From Moniliella sp. 'wahieum' (Eukaryota): a DNA stretch of 64,000 nucleotides. The number at the start of each line of letters is the position of its first letter. Positions within the stretch are counted from its first letter, which is position 1. This document shows, piece after piece, positions 12,204 to 25,363 of the stretch. The stretch is taken from assembly GCA_003971905.1 (NCBI GenBank), contig RSEE01000014.1, positions 868,001 to 932,000 of the forward strand. Reading direction: 5' to 3'. The notes below the pieces were generated by a model, which was not told where the DNA came from, made no database searches, and worked only from the letters and a program-made list of their open reading frames with translations. The position numbers were made by a program, and so were the translations under genes.

Positions 12204-14637
12204 CTGCCCTACCCTGGCTCTCTGCGCTGCACACGCGCCCACTTCTGCGCCACCACCCTGCTACGGCGCGTTTCACCCTAGCTGCAAAAAATCCGACCCC
12301 TACGCGCGGCACAAACAATGGGTAGGCTCTCCTCGCGGTACACTGACCTTCTGATTATTATGGTTTTTTTCTTGCTTTTGGTTGCAGAACTGGGTCGGCT
12401 GGCCCGAGAACTGGGACCAAGACTGCTCGACTCGTTCCGATCCAATCCAATTCAGTTCAATTCGATTCGATTCGATCCGGTTCCTACCCTTCTCCCTGGC
12501 TCTCAGATCTCACCTGAGCCCAGAGCCCACCGCCCAGCCTGAGCGCTCACCAGCTACGACGACCTCGCATGTCACACCTCACGCATCCAACCGAGTGCCG
12601 TGGGCGGCCAGCGGGGCGAGCCTGCGCTGGGGCGCGTTGCGCTCTGCAAGTCATGCGAAATGCACGTCGGTCGCTTTACCTATCCACTGGCGCTGGGCGG
12701 CCGCCACGTTTGGTCCCGCAGCGTTGGTGTCAGCCTTGAGCTGGGAGCTGGAACCTGGGAGCTGGGAGCTTGAGCGTTGAAATGCGAGAACGTAGAGTGA
12801 GGCATGGATGCTCTTTCTTTGATGGAGAGTGGGCCAATTCGAATGGTGCCATTCGGTTGACCACGCGAGCGGGATGTGCGTGCGTGCACGACCGGACGGA
12901 ATGCATCGGTACAGCAGCATGCATCGCCTCGTATCGCCCTTGCCCTACGTGTCTCCCTCTTACGTCTCGCTTCTTGCTTCTCGCTTCTCGCTTCTCGCTT
13001 CTCGCCTTGACGCTTGCCTGGCGTGGCGGCGCTGTGCAGCCCCCTGGGACTGGCTCCATTGCATTTCCTTGTTCTGCATTCGGCTAGTGGGTGTGCGGAT
13101 TATAGGGACAACAGACGCGAGGGATGGATACGGGAGGGGCAGGTGCGAGTGAGAAGACTGAGCAGCACGGGAGAGGCGAAAGGATGCAATATCCAGGAGG
13201 GGGCGGTGCGACTTGAGTTGTGGTACGCTGGTGTACGCTGGTGTAATAGTATCCCGTGGCTGGTGTGCTTCTCGCTTCTCCTAGCTGGGAGCGAATGGTT
13301 CCGCGAAGCGAAGCGAAGCGTTCGCCTCGTCCAGCGTCCAGATTGACGACTGAAGACTGAAGATTGAGTGTTGAATGAAGCGGCTGGGACTAGAAATTCA
13401 GCACTGCCGACGGACGTACGTAGGCCGCCGCAATGCAACCTCGGACGCGATTCCGACCCGGGCCCGATCGCCACCCAGGCCGCCGCCAGGGCCTGCCAGG
13501 GTCCTGGGCAGCCTGCCTCGCGCCCTCGCCCGCACCACGCCGCTCTCCGAATCTCAGCCCTCGCAGCTGCATCCCGCATCTCGCATGGCACCCGTCACGC
13601 GTCCCTCGCTGCGGACACCGGCTCGCACCAGCACAGTATCAGCCCTCGCCATGCACATGCATCCTGCATCACGCGTCACGCATCCTGCGTCGTATAGCGC
13701 TGCGTGGGCAGGCAGGTGGCGCTGACGCATGCCACCCGGGCGCTCATTTAATTCGGCGCGCAGCACCCCCCACCAGATGCCCATGGGGATCTCGCAGCGC
13801 TCGCGACATAGCTCCCGCTGGCGTTAGCTTTCCCGTTACCGGCCTCCCTCTCGGCGACGCAATCTGAGATCTGATGCCGGAGATGTCTGACAATATCCCC
13901 AGACGGCAAGCGGCTGCTGCTGCTGCTGCCTCCTCTGCATCACGTGAGCGTGGGTGGCGGTGCTGCATGCGGGGGGCCGCTGGCAGGGGGCGATTGAATA
14001 GTGACTAGTGAATGCGCTGAGCGGGTGGCATGCATGCAGCGTGGTGCGGCGTGGCGCCTGAGCAGCAGCATGCAGCCTTGTTTCGATGGCCGATGGCGGG
14101 GGACGCCGCGTCTGAGACCCCTTCGCGTCCCCGGGGATCTGGGCCAGAGCTGGGGCGCAGACGACACTGCGCTGGTGCCTGCTGCGTCCTTGCGGGCACG
14201 GGCGCGGCCGGGTGGGGTCCAGTATCCCAGGCGCTGGGATGCATGCACATGGCGCATGATGTGTGAGTGACTGGCGCCGTGGCGGCGGTGGCGAGGCAGG
14301 GGTGAGCGCTGAGCGGCGGGCGGCGGACCCACACAGGCGCCGTGCGAGCGCGGACGATTGGCGTCGAAGCGGTGGAAGCAGGCAGGGCGAGCAGTGCTGG
14401 CTGGTGCCTGGCAGCGGCTGGGAGCAGCTGTGCCACTAGCATCGACATCTCCCATCTCCACCTCCCCACCTCCTTCTCCTTCGCCCTCTCCTGCGTGCCC
14501 CCTACACGCCACCCCCACCGCCACCCTTTTGCCCCCCCCCCCCCCCCCCCTCTGCGCAACAGCATGCCCAGCGCTGCCTCGCCTGCTGTTGCTGTCTAAC
14601 TCGCACCGGCTCCCCGCCGTTCCATCCCCCCCACACC

Positions 14638-17600
14638 ATGGTCACGTCTCCCTCCAGCAGCGCTGCCACATGCTTGTCCGACTTGGACAGCGCCAGCGCC
14701 TCCGACCGCGACCACATCTCCCGCCGTCCTGCCTCCGCTGTCCGCCCCGACGCCACTGCCACCTGGGACAAGGGCCGCTACACCTACGGCGAGTCCTTTG
14801 CCGCCAAGCCCCCCCTCTTCCGCCATCCATGTCCCCCTCCCCACCTGCCCCCACCTGCCCCGCCACCCCCGACGCTCGGCTGGAGCACCGCCTCTCCCGC
14901 CCCCGCCCCTCCGCCTGCCCGCGCGCCCGCTCCCACTCCCGCTCCCGCCCGCGACCGCGCCCCCGCCCCCAAAGCGCCGCCCCCACCATTCGCATCCAGC
15001 CCAACTTTGATGGCCGCGAATCCGACTCCCCCGGACGCTCGGTTCTGATCGTCGTCCTTCGCTACGACCTTCGCATCCATGACAATGCCCTCTTCTACTA
15101 GTACGTCTCCCCCCGCCTTCCTTGTTCTTGTTCGCCGTACGATGACCAATTGACCCCCCGGCTCTGCAGTGCCCACCAAACTTCTGCCCCCCCATGCCTG
15201 CCTGGATGAGTTCGCTCGTCTCACCGCCCCACCCTGCCCTCTCCACCGAAGACGGCACCACGCCCGATGTGCCCGACGCGTACGAGGTGGATGCGGCACG
15301 CGAACGTTTCCTCTGCTCCCAAGCCCAGTACCTCCTGCCCCTCTACGTTTTCGATGAGCGGGAGATGGAGCTGAGTGGGCTACCGGGCTACCAACGCGAC
15401 GGCCCGCCGGCCAAGACGCCCTGTGTGGGTTTTGGAAAACGGGCCGGTTCCGAGCGCGGTTTATTGCGGAAACGGTGTACGATTTGCGCAGCCGGTTGGC
15501 CGATCGTGGCAGCGATCTTCTCATCCGCTTTGGCAAGACAGAGGATATTGTCTCCTCGCTCGTGTCCTCGTTGCAAGCCAACGGCGATATTGTGGAAAGC
15601 GTGTGGACCCAAATGGAGTATGCGCAGCCCGACGTGGATTGGAACGCGCGGCGATCGAGAAACGAATGGCGGACAGGGGGGTACGGTTCGAGTATGTGTA
15701 TGGCAAGACGCTCATCCACCCTGCCGAGCTCCCTTTCCCCATTTCGGAAATGCCCGACGTGTTTACCCCCTTTCGCAAAAAGGTCGAGGCCCTGGGCCCG
15801 CACATGGTCCGTCCCACCCTCGAAGCCCCCAATCGGTTCAAACCCTTTTTGCCCTCGCTCCCCGACTTTGACGGGTACGCACTGGACATTACCTATGAAG
15901 TCGACGTGGATGGGCTGGAAGTCAACGCAGCCCGCGAGTCGCAAGAACAGGACGACTCGCAAACCTCGTTCCATGACGTGCTACGGTACCTCCTTTCGCC
16001 CCTCGTCGGCAAGCTGCCGTCTTCGTTCAAGGACCGTTCGGCGCTGCAAGCGCGTCATGCTGCGTCTGCCTTTCCGTTCCGTGGAGGCGAGAGCTCCGCG
16101 CTGGAACGGCTCGAGTGGTACTTTATCCGTGGCAAACGCGCCGACACGGGGCGATGGGATCGAAACGACCCGCCGCCCGTGGCGCAGTACAAGCAAACAC
16201 GCAACAACCTCATCGGCCACGCGTACAGTAGCAAAATGTCGCCTTTTCTTGCGTTTGGCAGTGTCAGTCCTCGGTTGATCTGGGAAGCGTTGGATTACCA
16301 CGAAAAAAAGTTTGGCGAGGACCAAAACACGTATTGGGTCCGGTTCGAGCTGCTCTGGCGCGATTATTTCTTGCTGGTGGCCAGCAAGCAAAAGTACGGT
16401 TCGTTGCTGTACGAACTGGGCGGCTTCCAGACCTTGACCGATCCCGCCCGCGCCGCCGAAAAGCTCCAGCCGGGCTGGTGGCGCGGTTGGGACCCCGAGA
16501 CGACGGACATGCAAATGAGATTACGCGCTTGCTCGAGGGCCGAACGGGCATCCCGTTTATCGATGCCAACGTGATTGAGGTGCGTGCGACCGGGTTCATG
16601 TCCAATCGCGGCCGGCAAAATGTGGCAAGCTTCTTGAGTAAGGATTTGGGCGCGGACTGGCGCATCGGCGCCGAGTTTTTCCAGTCGTACCTCATCGACC
16701 ACGATCCGACTTCCAACTATGGTAATTGGTACGTTCCTCGGTTCCCCGTCCACTTACCCTGCCTCTGCTCAGCCACTTACCTCTTTTTCTTTTTCTCTCT
16801 CTCTCTCTGTTTAGGCAATACGTTGCGGGTGTAGGCAACGACCCGCGTGCGTCGCGCCAGTTCAACACGATCAAACAGGCGCGCGACTTTGATTCGTTTG
16901 GTGAGTATGTCAAAACCTGGCTGCCGGCGCTGCGCAATGCGCATCCGGACTGGGTGCATACCCGTGGCTTCTCAGCCCGGAAGAGCGGCGTGCGTATGGT
17001 CTGAAAACAACCAAGATGGAAGTGACCATGCTGGGCTACCCTGAGCGACCGATGATCGAGCTCGAAAGCTGGGGCAAGCATTACGAACGCAAGAGCGGCG
17101 TCGGGTCCAAGATGCGGGGCAACCCACAAGAAAAGATCAAGGACGAAAAAATCCTTTCGCTCAAAGCCAATGCCGCGCGCCGCCGTCGCGCCGCACAGCA
17201 AGAACAGAACCAGTCGGTGACCAGCTTCAATGGGCACATGCACATGCAGCTCCCGCGGCCTAGCCGGCAGGGCCGCTCGTCCCATGCCCACCAGTACGCC
17301 GGCCAAGGCCCGGGCTCGGCTTTGACCGCGCCCAATCGGCCATCATGCAGTCCCGCTCTCAAATCGCTGGCAAACAGCATGGGTTTGGTTTGGCCCTGCC
17401 CCAGTCGCCGTCCCAACCGCAGTCGCAGTCGCACCCGGGCACGTCGCCCGTGGTACAACGCCCCCGGCTCGGAACAGCTTGCTGCCCCCTACGACGGCCG
17501 CGTTGGCCGGCGCGCCGGCCGTGGCGCCGCCCGGGTCTGGGTCAGCGTCCGGGTCCGCGTCCGCTTGGGCATCGTCCACGTCGCTTCCGCCGCCCACCGC

Positions 17601-18290
17601 GGTCCCGCCCGCACCGGCTGTTACGCCCTTCCCCGACCCGCGCATTTACCAGCTCGGCGGCAACAATGTGTATCCCAACATTGACAGCTACGATTACCTC
17701 TCCGCCGCCGGGTCGGGGTCCAAGTACGCCACCGCTACCGCCACCGCGACGGACGTGACGACGCTCAGTTCCCGCTTGCGCCACACCAGCCTCGACTTGG
17801 CCGCGCGCACCCACCCCCCGCGCAAACTCACCCGCACCCCACCCTGCCTGCCGCCTCGCACCCCATCCTCCCGCCACTGGAACTCGCGACACACGCGCTG
17901 GCGCCCGGAGCCGCGCCGCTGTTCCGGCCCAGCACGAGTTCCCCGCGCGCCCGCGCGCCCGCGGCTTGAACGGCGGCGTGTTGCCCCTCCCCGCGCCTGG
18001 GCCTGGGTCTTTCCCTGGGTCTGGGTCTGGGTCTGGGTCTGCGTCTGGGTCGTTCCCTGGGTCTGCGTCTGGGTCTTTCCCTGGATCTGGGTCTGGGTCT
18101 TTGCCTGATGCACCCACTCGCTCCTTTGGCCCGCCAGCGTACCCTGCTCCCGGAACCGCCTCGTCCGACCCGCTCTACCTCCCCTCCCACCCCTACCCCG
18201 GCCGACCGGGCCGCTAGGTCCGAGTCCCCCCACGCGCCATTCCCCATTCCCCAGGTTACTAGTCCCGCGTCGCTAGTCCCGGGTCGCTAG
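14638..18290 (+). CDS. Cryptochrome DASH (photolyase/cryptochrome family) with low-complexity N- and C-terminal extensions
   Basis: [79 protein letters not shown]...[52 protein letters not shown]. These motifs are DASH-type. Introns ~15101-15168 and ~16728-16814. Both ends are approximate. Confidence 0.92.
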
Positions 18291-18867
18291 TCACTAGTCT
18301 CATCCCGTGTTCCATGCTCCATGTCATTGATCATCGATCATCTGGTTGCCGGTTGCGCCCGCTCGCACGCCTCGCCCACCAACACACACACACACACACG
18401 CTGTGCAAAGTCTTTCGTAGTGCTCCGCGGCCCTGGAGCGGCCCACGGTTCGCTTTCCCGGGCACCGGTACCCGGTAACCGGTGAAGGTGAAGGTGCAGC
18501 CAACGGTCACGCTGGCCTGCGCCGTGCTAGAGCGCGAGCTCAGGCTCAGGATCAGGATCAGGCTCAGGCTCAGGCTCAGGCGCGCAGGACTTCGGGACGG
18601 GTTCCTTTGTACATTTTGGGGGTGTGGGGTTGGTTCGGGTCGCTGGCTTGGCTTGGGCTCACTAGTCGCTCTTGGTCCCGTCGGAGATGTGAGATAGCAG
18701 GGTGACGCGCATCCACTGGATTCGACTCGTCGCGAATCAGGCTCTTGCTCAATCGACATCGAAATCGGCCTTGGGTCTTCAGCCGCAGGCCTTATTGCCT
18801 CCGCCACCTTGTTGAAAGGCGGACACCGAGACCCCGCCCCACCCTCAGGTATATACGCAACACGACA

Positions 18868-18976
18868 AACCAACAACCAACAACCAACAACCAACAACCA
18901 AAACCAACAACCAACAACCAACAACCAACAACCAACAACCAAGGATCAAGAACCAACAACCAACAACCAACAACCA
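18868..18976. repeat. (CAACCAA)n heptamer tandem repeat
   Basis: Directly visible array of roughly 14 units with a few variants. Confidence 0.95.
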
Positions 18977-19457
18977 AGACCCACTAAAAAACACTCCACT
19001 ACATTCCACTACCCTCCACCTATATGAGGATTCAACCTCTGCGTCGTTCCAGCCTCTCCCATCCTGGCAGCCTCTCCCGCCTCAGCGCCTCAGCCCCCTG
19101 TCCTTATTGAAGTTCTCTCGGGTCGAACTGGCGTCGCCTTGCAGAGCCCAGTCCCAGGTCCCAACAATGTACTCTCCCCCTCTGCGCTCAAGCGCTCAAG
19201 GCCGCACATTATACACCTTTCTAACGGGAGATGGAGATGGGGGAAATGATAAGGATCATATTCATCGAGTGGAGAGGAGGCGAGGTATATATGCCTCGGA
19301 GAAGAAGAGAACATGCGAGCTAAATCACATGGAGGGAAAGAGGGAGCACAATCCAAAGGGGGAAAACAGGGTCTAGAACAAATCAAAGGGGGGCAGACAA
19401 CTTGGTGACAGAGAACGTGATCAAGTGAGTCTGATCCCGACACTTTCCTTGTCTTAG

Positions 19458-19610
19458 TTGCCTTGCCTTGCCTTGCCTTGCCTTGCCTTGCCTTGCCTTG
19501 CCTTGCCTTGCCTTGCCTTGCCTTGCCTTGCCTTGCCTTGCCTGCTTGCCTTGCCTTGCCTTGCCTTGCCTTGCCTTGCCTTGCCTTGCCTTGCCTTGCC
19601 TTGCCTTGCC
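19458..19610. repeat. (CCTTG)n pentamer microsatellite
   Basis: About 30 units with one interruption near 19541-19546. Confidence 0.97.
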
Positions 19611-19712
19611 CCCGTTTCCCCCTTGTCTCTTCCTTCCCTCCTGATGTAGCGGAGCAGAGGCCTTAGGCCTTATGCAGTGGCCAGTGTAGTTGTTTTTTTT
19701 TGGCCCTCGGAT

Positions 19713-19816
19713 CCCGATTCCCATTTTCAGTTCCCATTTCCCGGATTCCCAATTCCAAATTCCCGGATTCCCAGTTCCCATTTCCCAGTTTCCCAGATTC
19801 CCATTTCCCATTTCCC
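19713..19816. repeat. Degenerate (TTCCCAT/TTCCCAG)n heptamer-like array
   Basis: Reiterated TTCCC words at ~7-bp spacing upstream of NOP15. Confidence 0.8.
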
Positions 19817-20080
19817 GTCGATTGCGTTTGGCATTTCATAACTGCCGCCTGGCTGCGTGGCCCACGTGCAACCCTACGTGCCCTGCACTCGTGAGCATCA
19901 CGTGACGCGGAGCTGGAGCAGGCGGGCGTCGGTGCAATGCAACACGCCTCTTCGATTGAAAGTTGCACGGGGCGAGGCAAATTTTTTGTGGCCAGGCGGC
20001 CGCTTCCCGCTTCGGGCCCAGGCCGGCCCAGCACTTCCTCCCTGCCCACCACCCTCACCCACGCACCCACCCTCCCCACC

Positions 20081-21233
20081 ATGGCCGCCTCCAGCAAACA
20101 GGCAATCGCCAGCGCCCAAGGCGCCAAGAGGAGGTACCACGACGTGGATGCTGCCCAGAAAGCGGAGAAGCCTACCGCGTCCGCGTCCAACAAGGTGCCC
20201 AAGACCGCAGCGGGAAAGACGGCGGGCGGCAAGGTGAGCAAGAAGGTCACCATTGCCACCCCTTCCGAGCAGGAAGAGGAGGACAGCGACGAAGAGGACA
20301 GCGATGCCGAGGCTGCTGCACGTGCATCCAGCTCCATTCGCAACTCGATTGCTAAGAAGGGCGGGGCCGGTAAGGCCCAGGGCGCGTCCGAGTCCCAGTC
20401 GGAGTCCGAGTCGGAGTCCGAGTCCGAGGAGGAGGAGGAGGAGGAAGGCGTGAACCGCAATGCGCCAATCGTCGATATTGTTCGCTTGCCCAGTTCCAAG
20501 GACGACAAGGTGGTCCGGGCGCGTCTCGATGCGGTGCACAAGCGCCGTGCGGCTCAAATTGACAAGGTAGGTACTCTGTTTCTTTCGGGAGGGGCGACGG
20601 GGTAAGCGCTTTGGTACGGGTGGTTGCTAACCTTGTGTTGTTTCTTTCTGGGGGCTGGTAGGCTCCCAACGCGGGGGTGATCTACGTAGGTCGGGTGCCC
20701 GCCGGGTTTTACGAACCGCAAATGAGGGCGTACTTTAGCCAATTTGGTCCGATTACGCACTTGCGTCTGTCGCGCAACCCCAAGACGGGCGCGCCGCGGC
20801 ACTATGGGTTTATCGAGTTTGAGGATGAGGAGGTGGCTAAGATTGTGGCCGAGACGATGGACAATTACTTGATGATGGGTCACTTGTTGCAAGTCAAGGT
20901 GATTCCCAAGGACGAAGTGCACCCGGACCTTTTCAAGGGGTCGTCCAAGTGGCGCCGCTTTGCCGGCAAGAGCGCGACCGATTTGAAAAACGCGCGGTTG
21001 CGGCGTCACCACGCGCAACACTCTCGTGCCCGTACTGCTGAACAACAACAGAAGTCGGACGAAGCGCTGCTCAAGCGTCAAGAGCAGCGCCGGGAAACGC
21101 TCAAGAGCAAGGGAATTGACTATGACTTCCCCGGGTGTGAGTTGCCATTGTTTTTGCCGAGCGTGCGCGCGACCCAACCCACAATACTAACTCAGTGTTT
21201 TCTTTTTGTGGCTCTGCAGACCAAGTTGCCTAG
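20081..21233 (+). CDS. NOP15: Nucleolar RRM protein Nop15/NIFK (60S biogenesis)
   Basis: GVIYVGRVPAGFYEPQMRAYFSQFG..RLSRNPKTG..RHYGFIEF...AKIVAETMDNYLMMGHLLQVKVIP, plus LKSKGIDYDFPG and a Lys/acidic N-terminus. Introns ~20567-20661 and ~21137-21219. Confidence 0.92.
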
Positions 21234-21492
21234 GCTTGCGACTCTTGTCGGTTTGTCGTCTTCCATGCCTCCTTCCCGTTCTTGTTGCCCAATCCATCCC
21301 GTTCCCGACCCACCAGTTCACACTAGCTCGAGTCTAATCTATTACGCTAGGCAGTTTGGAAAGAAGCCAAGGACAGAAATGCAATGCAATGCGGTGCTTG
21401 ATAATGGGAGTTCAAAACGCATAGACGAGTCCTCGAATTGGTCCGGGATCCGATCCCGGAAAAGCGACTGGTTGAGGCTCAACTGAACGCGG

Positions 21493-22809
21493 TCACCGTT
21501 GGCGGGCCTTGAGTTTGGCGAGTAACTTTTTGCGTTGTGCTTTTTCTTCGGCATGCTTTTGCTCCAACTCTTGCTCCCGTTCGTCCTCTTGCCGCGCCAG
21601 CCGAGCCGACCGCATCTCCTCGCGGTTCACATCGTTGATCCCAGCCTCCATATCCGAGTCACTGTCGTCCTCGTCGTACCGCACCGCGGTACGGCCTCGG
21701 CGGAACATGCCCAGCACCTCATGAAGTTCCGACTGAGCTTGCGCCTCGTCGTCATCAATAAACGAGTCGACTCGCTCTCCTCTTCTTCCTCTTCCTCCTC
21801 TTCCTCCTCCTCTTCGTCCTCGCTCTCCGCTGCACGAGACGGGCGCAAAGCCTTTTGAGCTTTGCGCTCCGCCTCTTCTCGAATGAAACGTTCTCGGGCG
21901 GTTTCTTTGCGCGGAGGCGCGGCCGGCGCGGCTGGTGAGGGCTTGGCTCGTTTGGGCGCCGGCGCGGCTCCTTGGTCTTTTTGATTTCGTTTGTTGGACG
22001 AGGACGCGGCGGCCAGTTCTTTTTTCCTCGCAGCCTCGAGCACCTCGGGCCGCACAGGTGCACCGGGCAAAAAGTCAGCCGGGTTCACCCCATCTATTGT
22101 CCTTGCGCGCCGTGGAGGCGGGCTGCCAACCCTTTGGGCTGGGTCAGTTTGGGCGTCGAGGAAACGGAAGCGTGGGGCCGAGAGGCTCGGACTAATGCTG
22201 AGACACCTCCCCTTTCCCGGCCTTTCCTCCCTCGACCGGCTGAAGGCACCACAGGTCCGCCCATCAGTTCTCTTCGAAGTTTGAGCTTGCGCTTCTCGTC
22301 TCGGGTTAAATCCGGCTTGTCGTACACGGGGTGCGAGCGCCGCGGGTGGGGGCGGCTTCGCCGGTGGAAGTGGAAGTGGAGGTGGAGGTGGAAGGAGAGG
22401 TGGCGGGCGGGGACGGGAGGAAGAGGAGCTGGTACGGCTGGAGGGCGTGGCCGCGCGGATCTTGGCCAGACGCGAAGGAGGTTGTTTCTTGTCGAGCAGT
22501 TTGGCTGCTGCTGCATGGAAGGCCGTGTGCGAGGCGGCGGCACGGTGGTGGTGCTACAGTGCCCTCCTTGTTCTCCGACACGGACGCCTTGATCTGGTCC
22601 AGCTTGGCCTGCTGGGCACGCAGACGGGCAGCGGCTTGAATGCGCACCTGCCGCTCCCGCTCCATCGCTTGGCGCTGGGCTTGCTCCCGCGACGCACGCG
22701 CGGCCGCAGCTGCGCGCTCGCGCTCCACCGCCTGGCGTTGGACCTTGAGGTCGGCCTCCTGCTGCCGCGCCAGGGCCTGCGCTTTGAGTTCCTTGATCGA
22801 AAGCGCCAT
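21493..22809 (-). CDS. SPT2: SPT2 chromatin protein (histone chaperone)
   Basis: C-terminal SPT2 signature DSDSDMEAGINDVNREEMRSARLARQEDEREQELEQKH; N-terminal coiled coil MALSIKELKAQALARQ; LTRDEKRKLK. Frameshifted. Confidence 0.85.
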
Positions 22810-23120
22810 GGCGGTGGTGGAGGCCGTGGTGGTGCAGCCGCTCGGCCAGACTGACAGCTGGGCAAAAAACGCAGCCAACCAGCTAGGCTTACCTAATGCG
22901 CTCCGTCGCCGCGCTACGCACCGCGCACAGTGGCGCTGTGCTGGGCCCTGCCCGCTTCGCGTTGCTTGGGCAGCCGATTCCAAGTGAATCGACCAGCCAT
23001 CCGAGCAAGGGCGGTGGGTATATTACACCGGCTCCCTCTCCAGGGGCTGCCTTCCATCGTATCTACGCGGGCAGCTCCTTAGTATCCACATGTAATCACC
23101 CCCCCTCCGCCTCCCGCCCT

Positions 23121-25225
23121 TCAGCCGCCCGATGCAGGCCCTCCTGCCTGCTCCCCATGCGTCCTTGGCTTCGTTCCCCCATCGGCCTCGGACGGAGCGG
23201 CCACCGAGGCCGACGGGTCATCGTCATCGTCCTTGTTCTCCAGCACGCGCGTGCCGTCTCCGTCCTCCATGTTCTTAAAGTCAGAGCCGTCCGCCCCTGA
23301 CGTGAGCGCAACCGTAGCCGCGGTGGCCTCCTCCTGGCGCGCAGCCAGCAGCCGCTCCCTCGACTCGGCTTGCCGAATCACCTTGAGCGCCTCGGTTGTC
23401 GTCTGCCCGGCCCGGGTCTCGGACTGGTTCCACTCGAGATCGTAGTACTCGGACGCAATCAGCTTGATCTTGCGACGGAGCGCTTTGGCCTGGTTGATCA
23501 GTTCCTGGTACTGATCAATGTCGAGGCCATGCCGCTGGTACAGGCGTTGCTGCCGACGCGAGACAGACTCGTTGAGCACGGCTCGGTAGGATACCTCTCG
23601 GTTGTGGTGCAGGACCCACCCATAGCCACACATCACCGTGGCCAAGCCAGTCAAATAGGTGACCGGCTCCATCGAGTCCCAGCCGAGCTCGGTGCAGAAG
23701 GTGAAGTAGCTCACCGACACCCACCACGCCGCCAGCACCCCCATGCCTGTCCAGCTCAGGCGGCGTACATGGCGATAAGCCAACGCGTCGCACTCGGCCT
23801 TGATGGTGGTCATTTTTTGAATCTGCTCCGTGCGCGCATACAGCTGGCCGCGCAACCGCCGCGTCCGATCCTCAAACGAAGGCACCTTGACTTGCACCGT
23901 GCGCTGGCCGATCCGAATGATAAACGACCCCACCCGCGCCGCATCCCGAATGAATTCACCTACATCCGTCGCCAGCGACCAGCGGCGACCGGCACTCGCA
24001 CGCGTTAAAAACGAAATGGGCGGACCACCTGCCTTGTCCCACGCCAGCAACGTCTCTCTCCTCTTTCGTTCGTCCGCTTCGCGTCGCGCCAACGCGTCAT
24101 CTCCCCTATTGGTCTCCTTGGACCGCCGACGTTCCTCACTTTCCTCTTCCTCCAATCGTTGGTGCATCCCGGCACAGCACTCACCCGCTCCGCCCGAATC
24201 AAATCGGCCACATACGTCAGCGGCTGCGTCTCGTGCATCAGCACCACCACGTACCGCACCGGCTCGTGTGGCAAGCGTTGCAAATTATCCTGGCGCTCCG
24301 GAACGGACACAGTGTCGTCCCCACCTTCCTCTCCCGTACTCGGCTCCGTTTCGGCTTCGTCGCCGCCGGCCTCGAGACCGCGAATCGATCGGTCCTCTCC
24401 CATCTTGAGCAGCTCGTTGATCCGATGCACCTCCGAGTGGTTCAGCTGCATCGATTCCCAGTTGTCGTCCGCGCCCAGGCCAAACGGAAGCTCGTCGTGC
24501 GTCGGCGGGGGCTCAGGACTGGGCTGGGCCTCGGCTTCGGCTTCGGTTCCGGTGGCCGACGCGGAATCGGAATCGGCACTGCTCACCTCGTGCTCCGCCC
24601 CGCTGTCCACCGCCCCTTGGGTTGGGGCAGTCGGTGCATGCGCAGCATGGTGGTGGTGATGGTGGTGCAGATGGTAGACGTTCTTGACATTGACCGGTGC
24701 AGGTGCCGGTGCAGGCGTGTCGAGCAAGACAGGTTCGGGCGCGGTAAGGGGAATGGTGATCTTGAACAGCTTGGGGCTGGAAGGGACAATACAATTCGCC
24801 AGTTAGCCACATTTCTACCTCTCTACCTCTCTCCCCCTCTCTCTTTCTGCCGGTCAAGACGAGCGAAAGGTGTGAACAAAACGCGTACCGGGTGAAGGAA
24901 AGTTTGCCCTCGTCCAGGGGAACTTGTATGGCCTACCCTCGCTGTTCTCCGGACGAGCAAACTCGGGCTCGCGGCACAAGTCGACGGGCTGCGAGCTGGA
25001 GGCGGAAAAGCGGGGAGTGGGGCGGACGTAGGTAGTGGGGCGCGACCACTGCGAGGCATGGGGCGAAGAGGAAGAGGCGGAGGATGAGGAGGAGAACCTG
25101 CTGGTGGTTCTCCTGCTGCCCCATGGAGAGGGGATGGCGAGGGCAGCGAGGGGTCGGGGCGTCAATCGGCCGATCGCGGCGGCGGCGAGAGGGGCGATGG
25201 AGACGCTGCGTAGCACGCTGCCCAT
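23121..25225 (-). CDS. MCU: Mitochondrial calcium uniporter (fungal MCU)
   Basis: VPSFEDRT coiled coil, KAECDALA, and two transmembrane helices flanking the selectivity filter ELGWDSMEPVTYL (W-D-x-x-E-P), then NREVSY. Ser/Arg-rich presequence MGSVLRSVS. One intron (~24778-24888). Confidence 0.9.
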
Positions 25226-25363
25226 CGGGGGCGGATCGGGGTGGTGGGTGGAGGGGGGCGCAAGGGAACCATCCCTAGTCATCCACAGCGATACCGATCG
25301 GAGTCCCACTCTCTCCCATCTGCCGTCTCCCCTGGGTCATGAATGTCGCACCCCACTGAACTA

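Noticed and set aside
19098..19380. Possible second solo LTR (TGT...ACA ends, TATATA box, lower GC)
   Set aside because: No target-site duplication at the candidate ends and only a 5/6-bp terminal match; not supportable without a repeat search.
18868..19816. Repeat cluster considered as a CRISPR-like array or repeat-protein genes (e.g. LALPC and QQPTTNN ORFs)
   Set aside because: These are simple tandem microsatellites without unique spacers; the ORFs are translations of the repeats.
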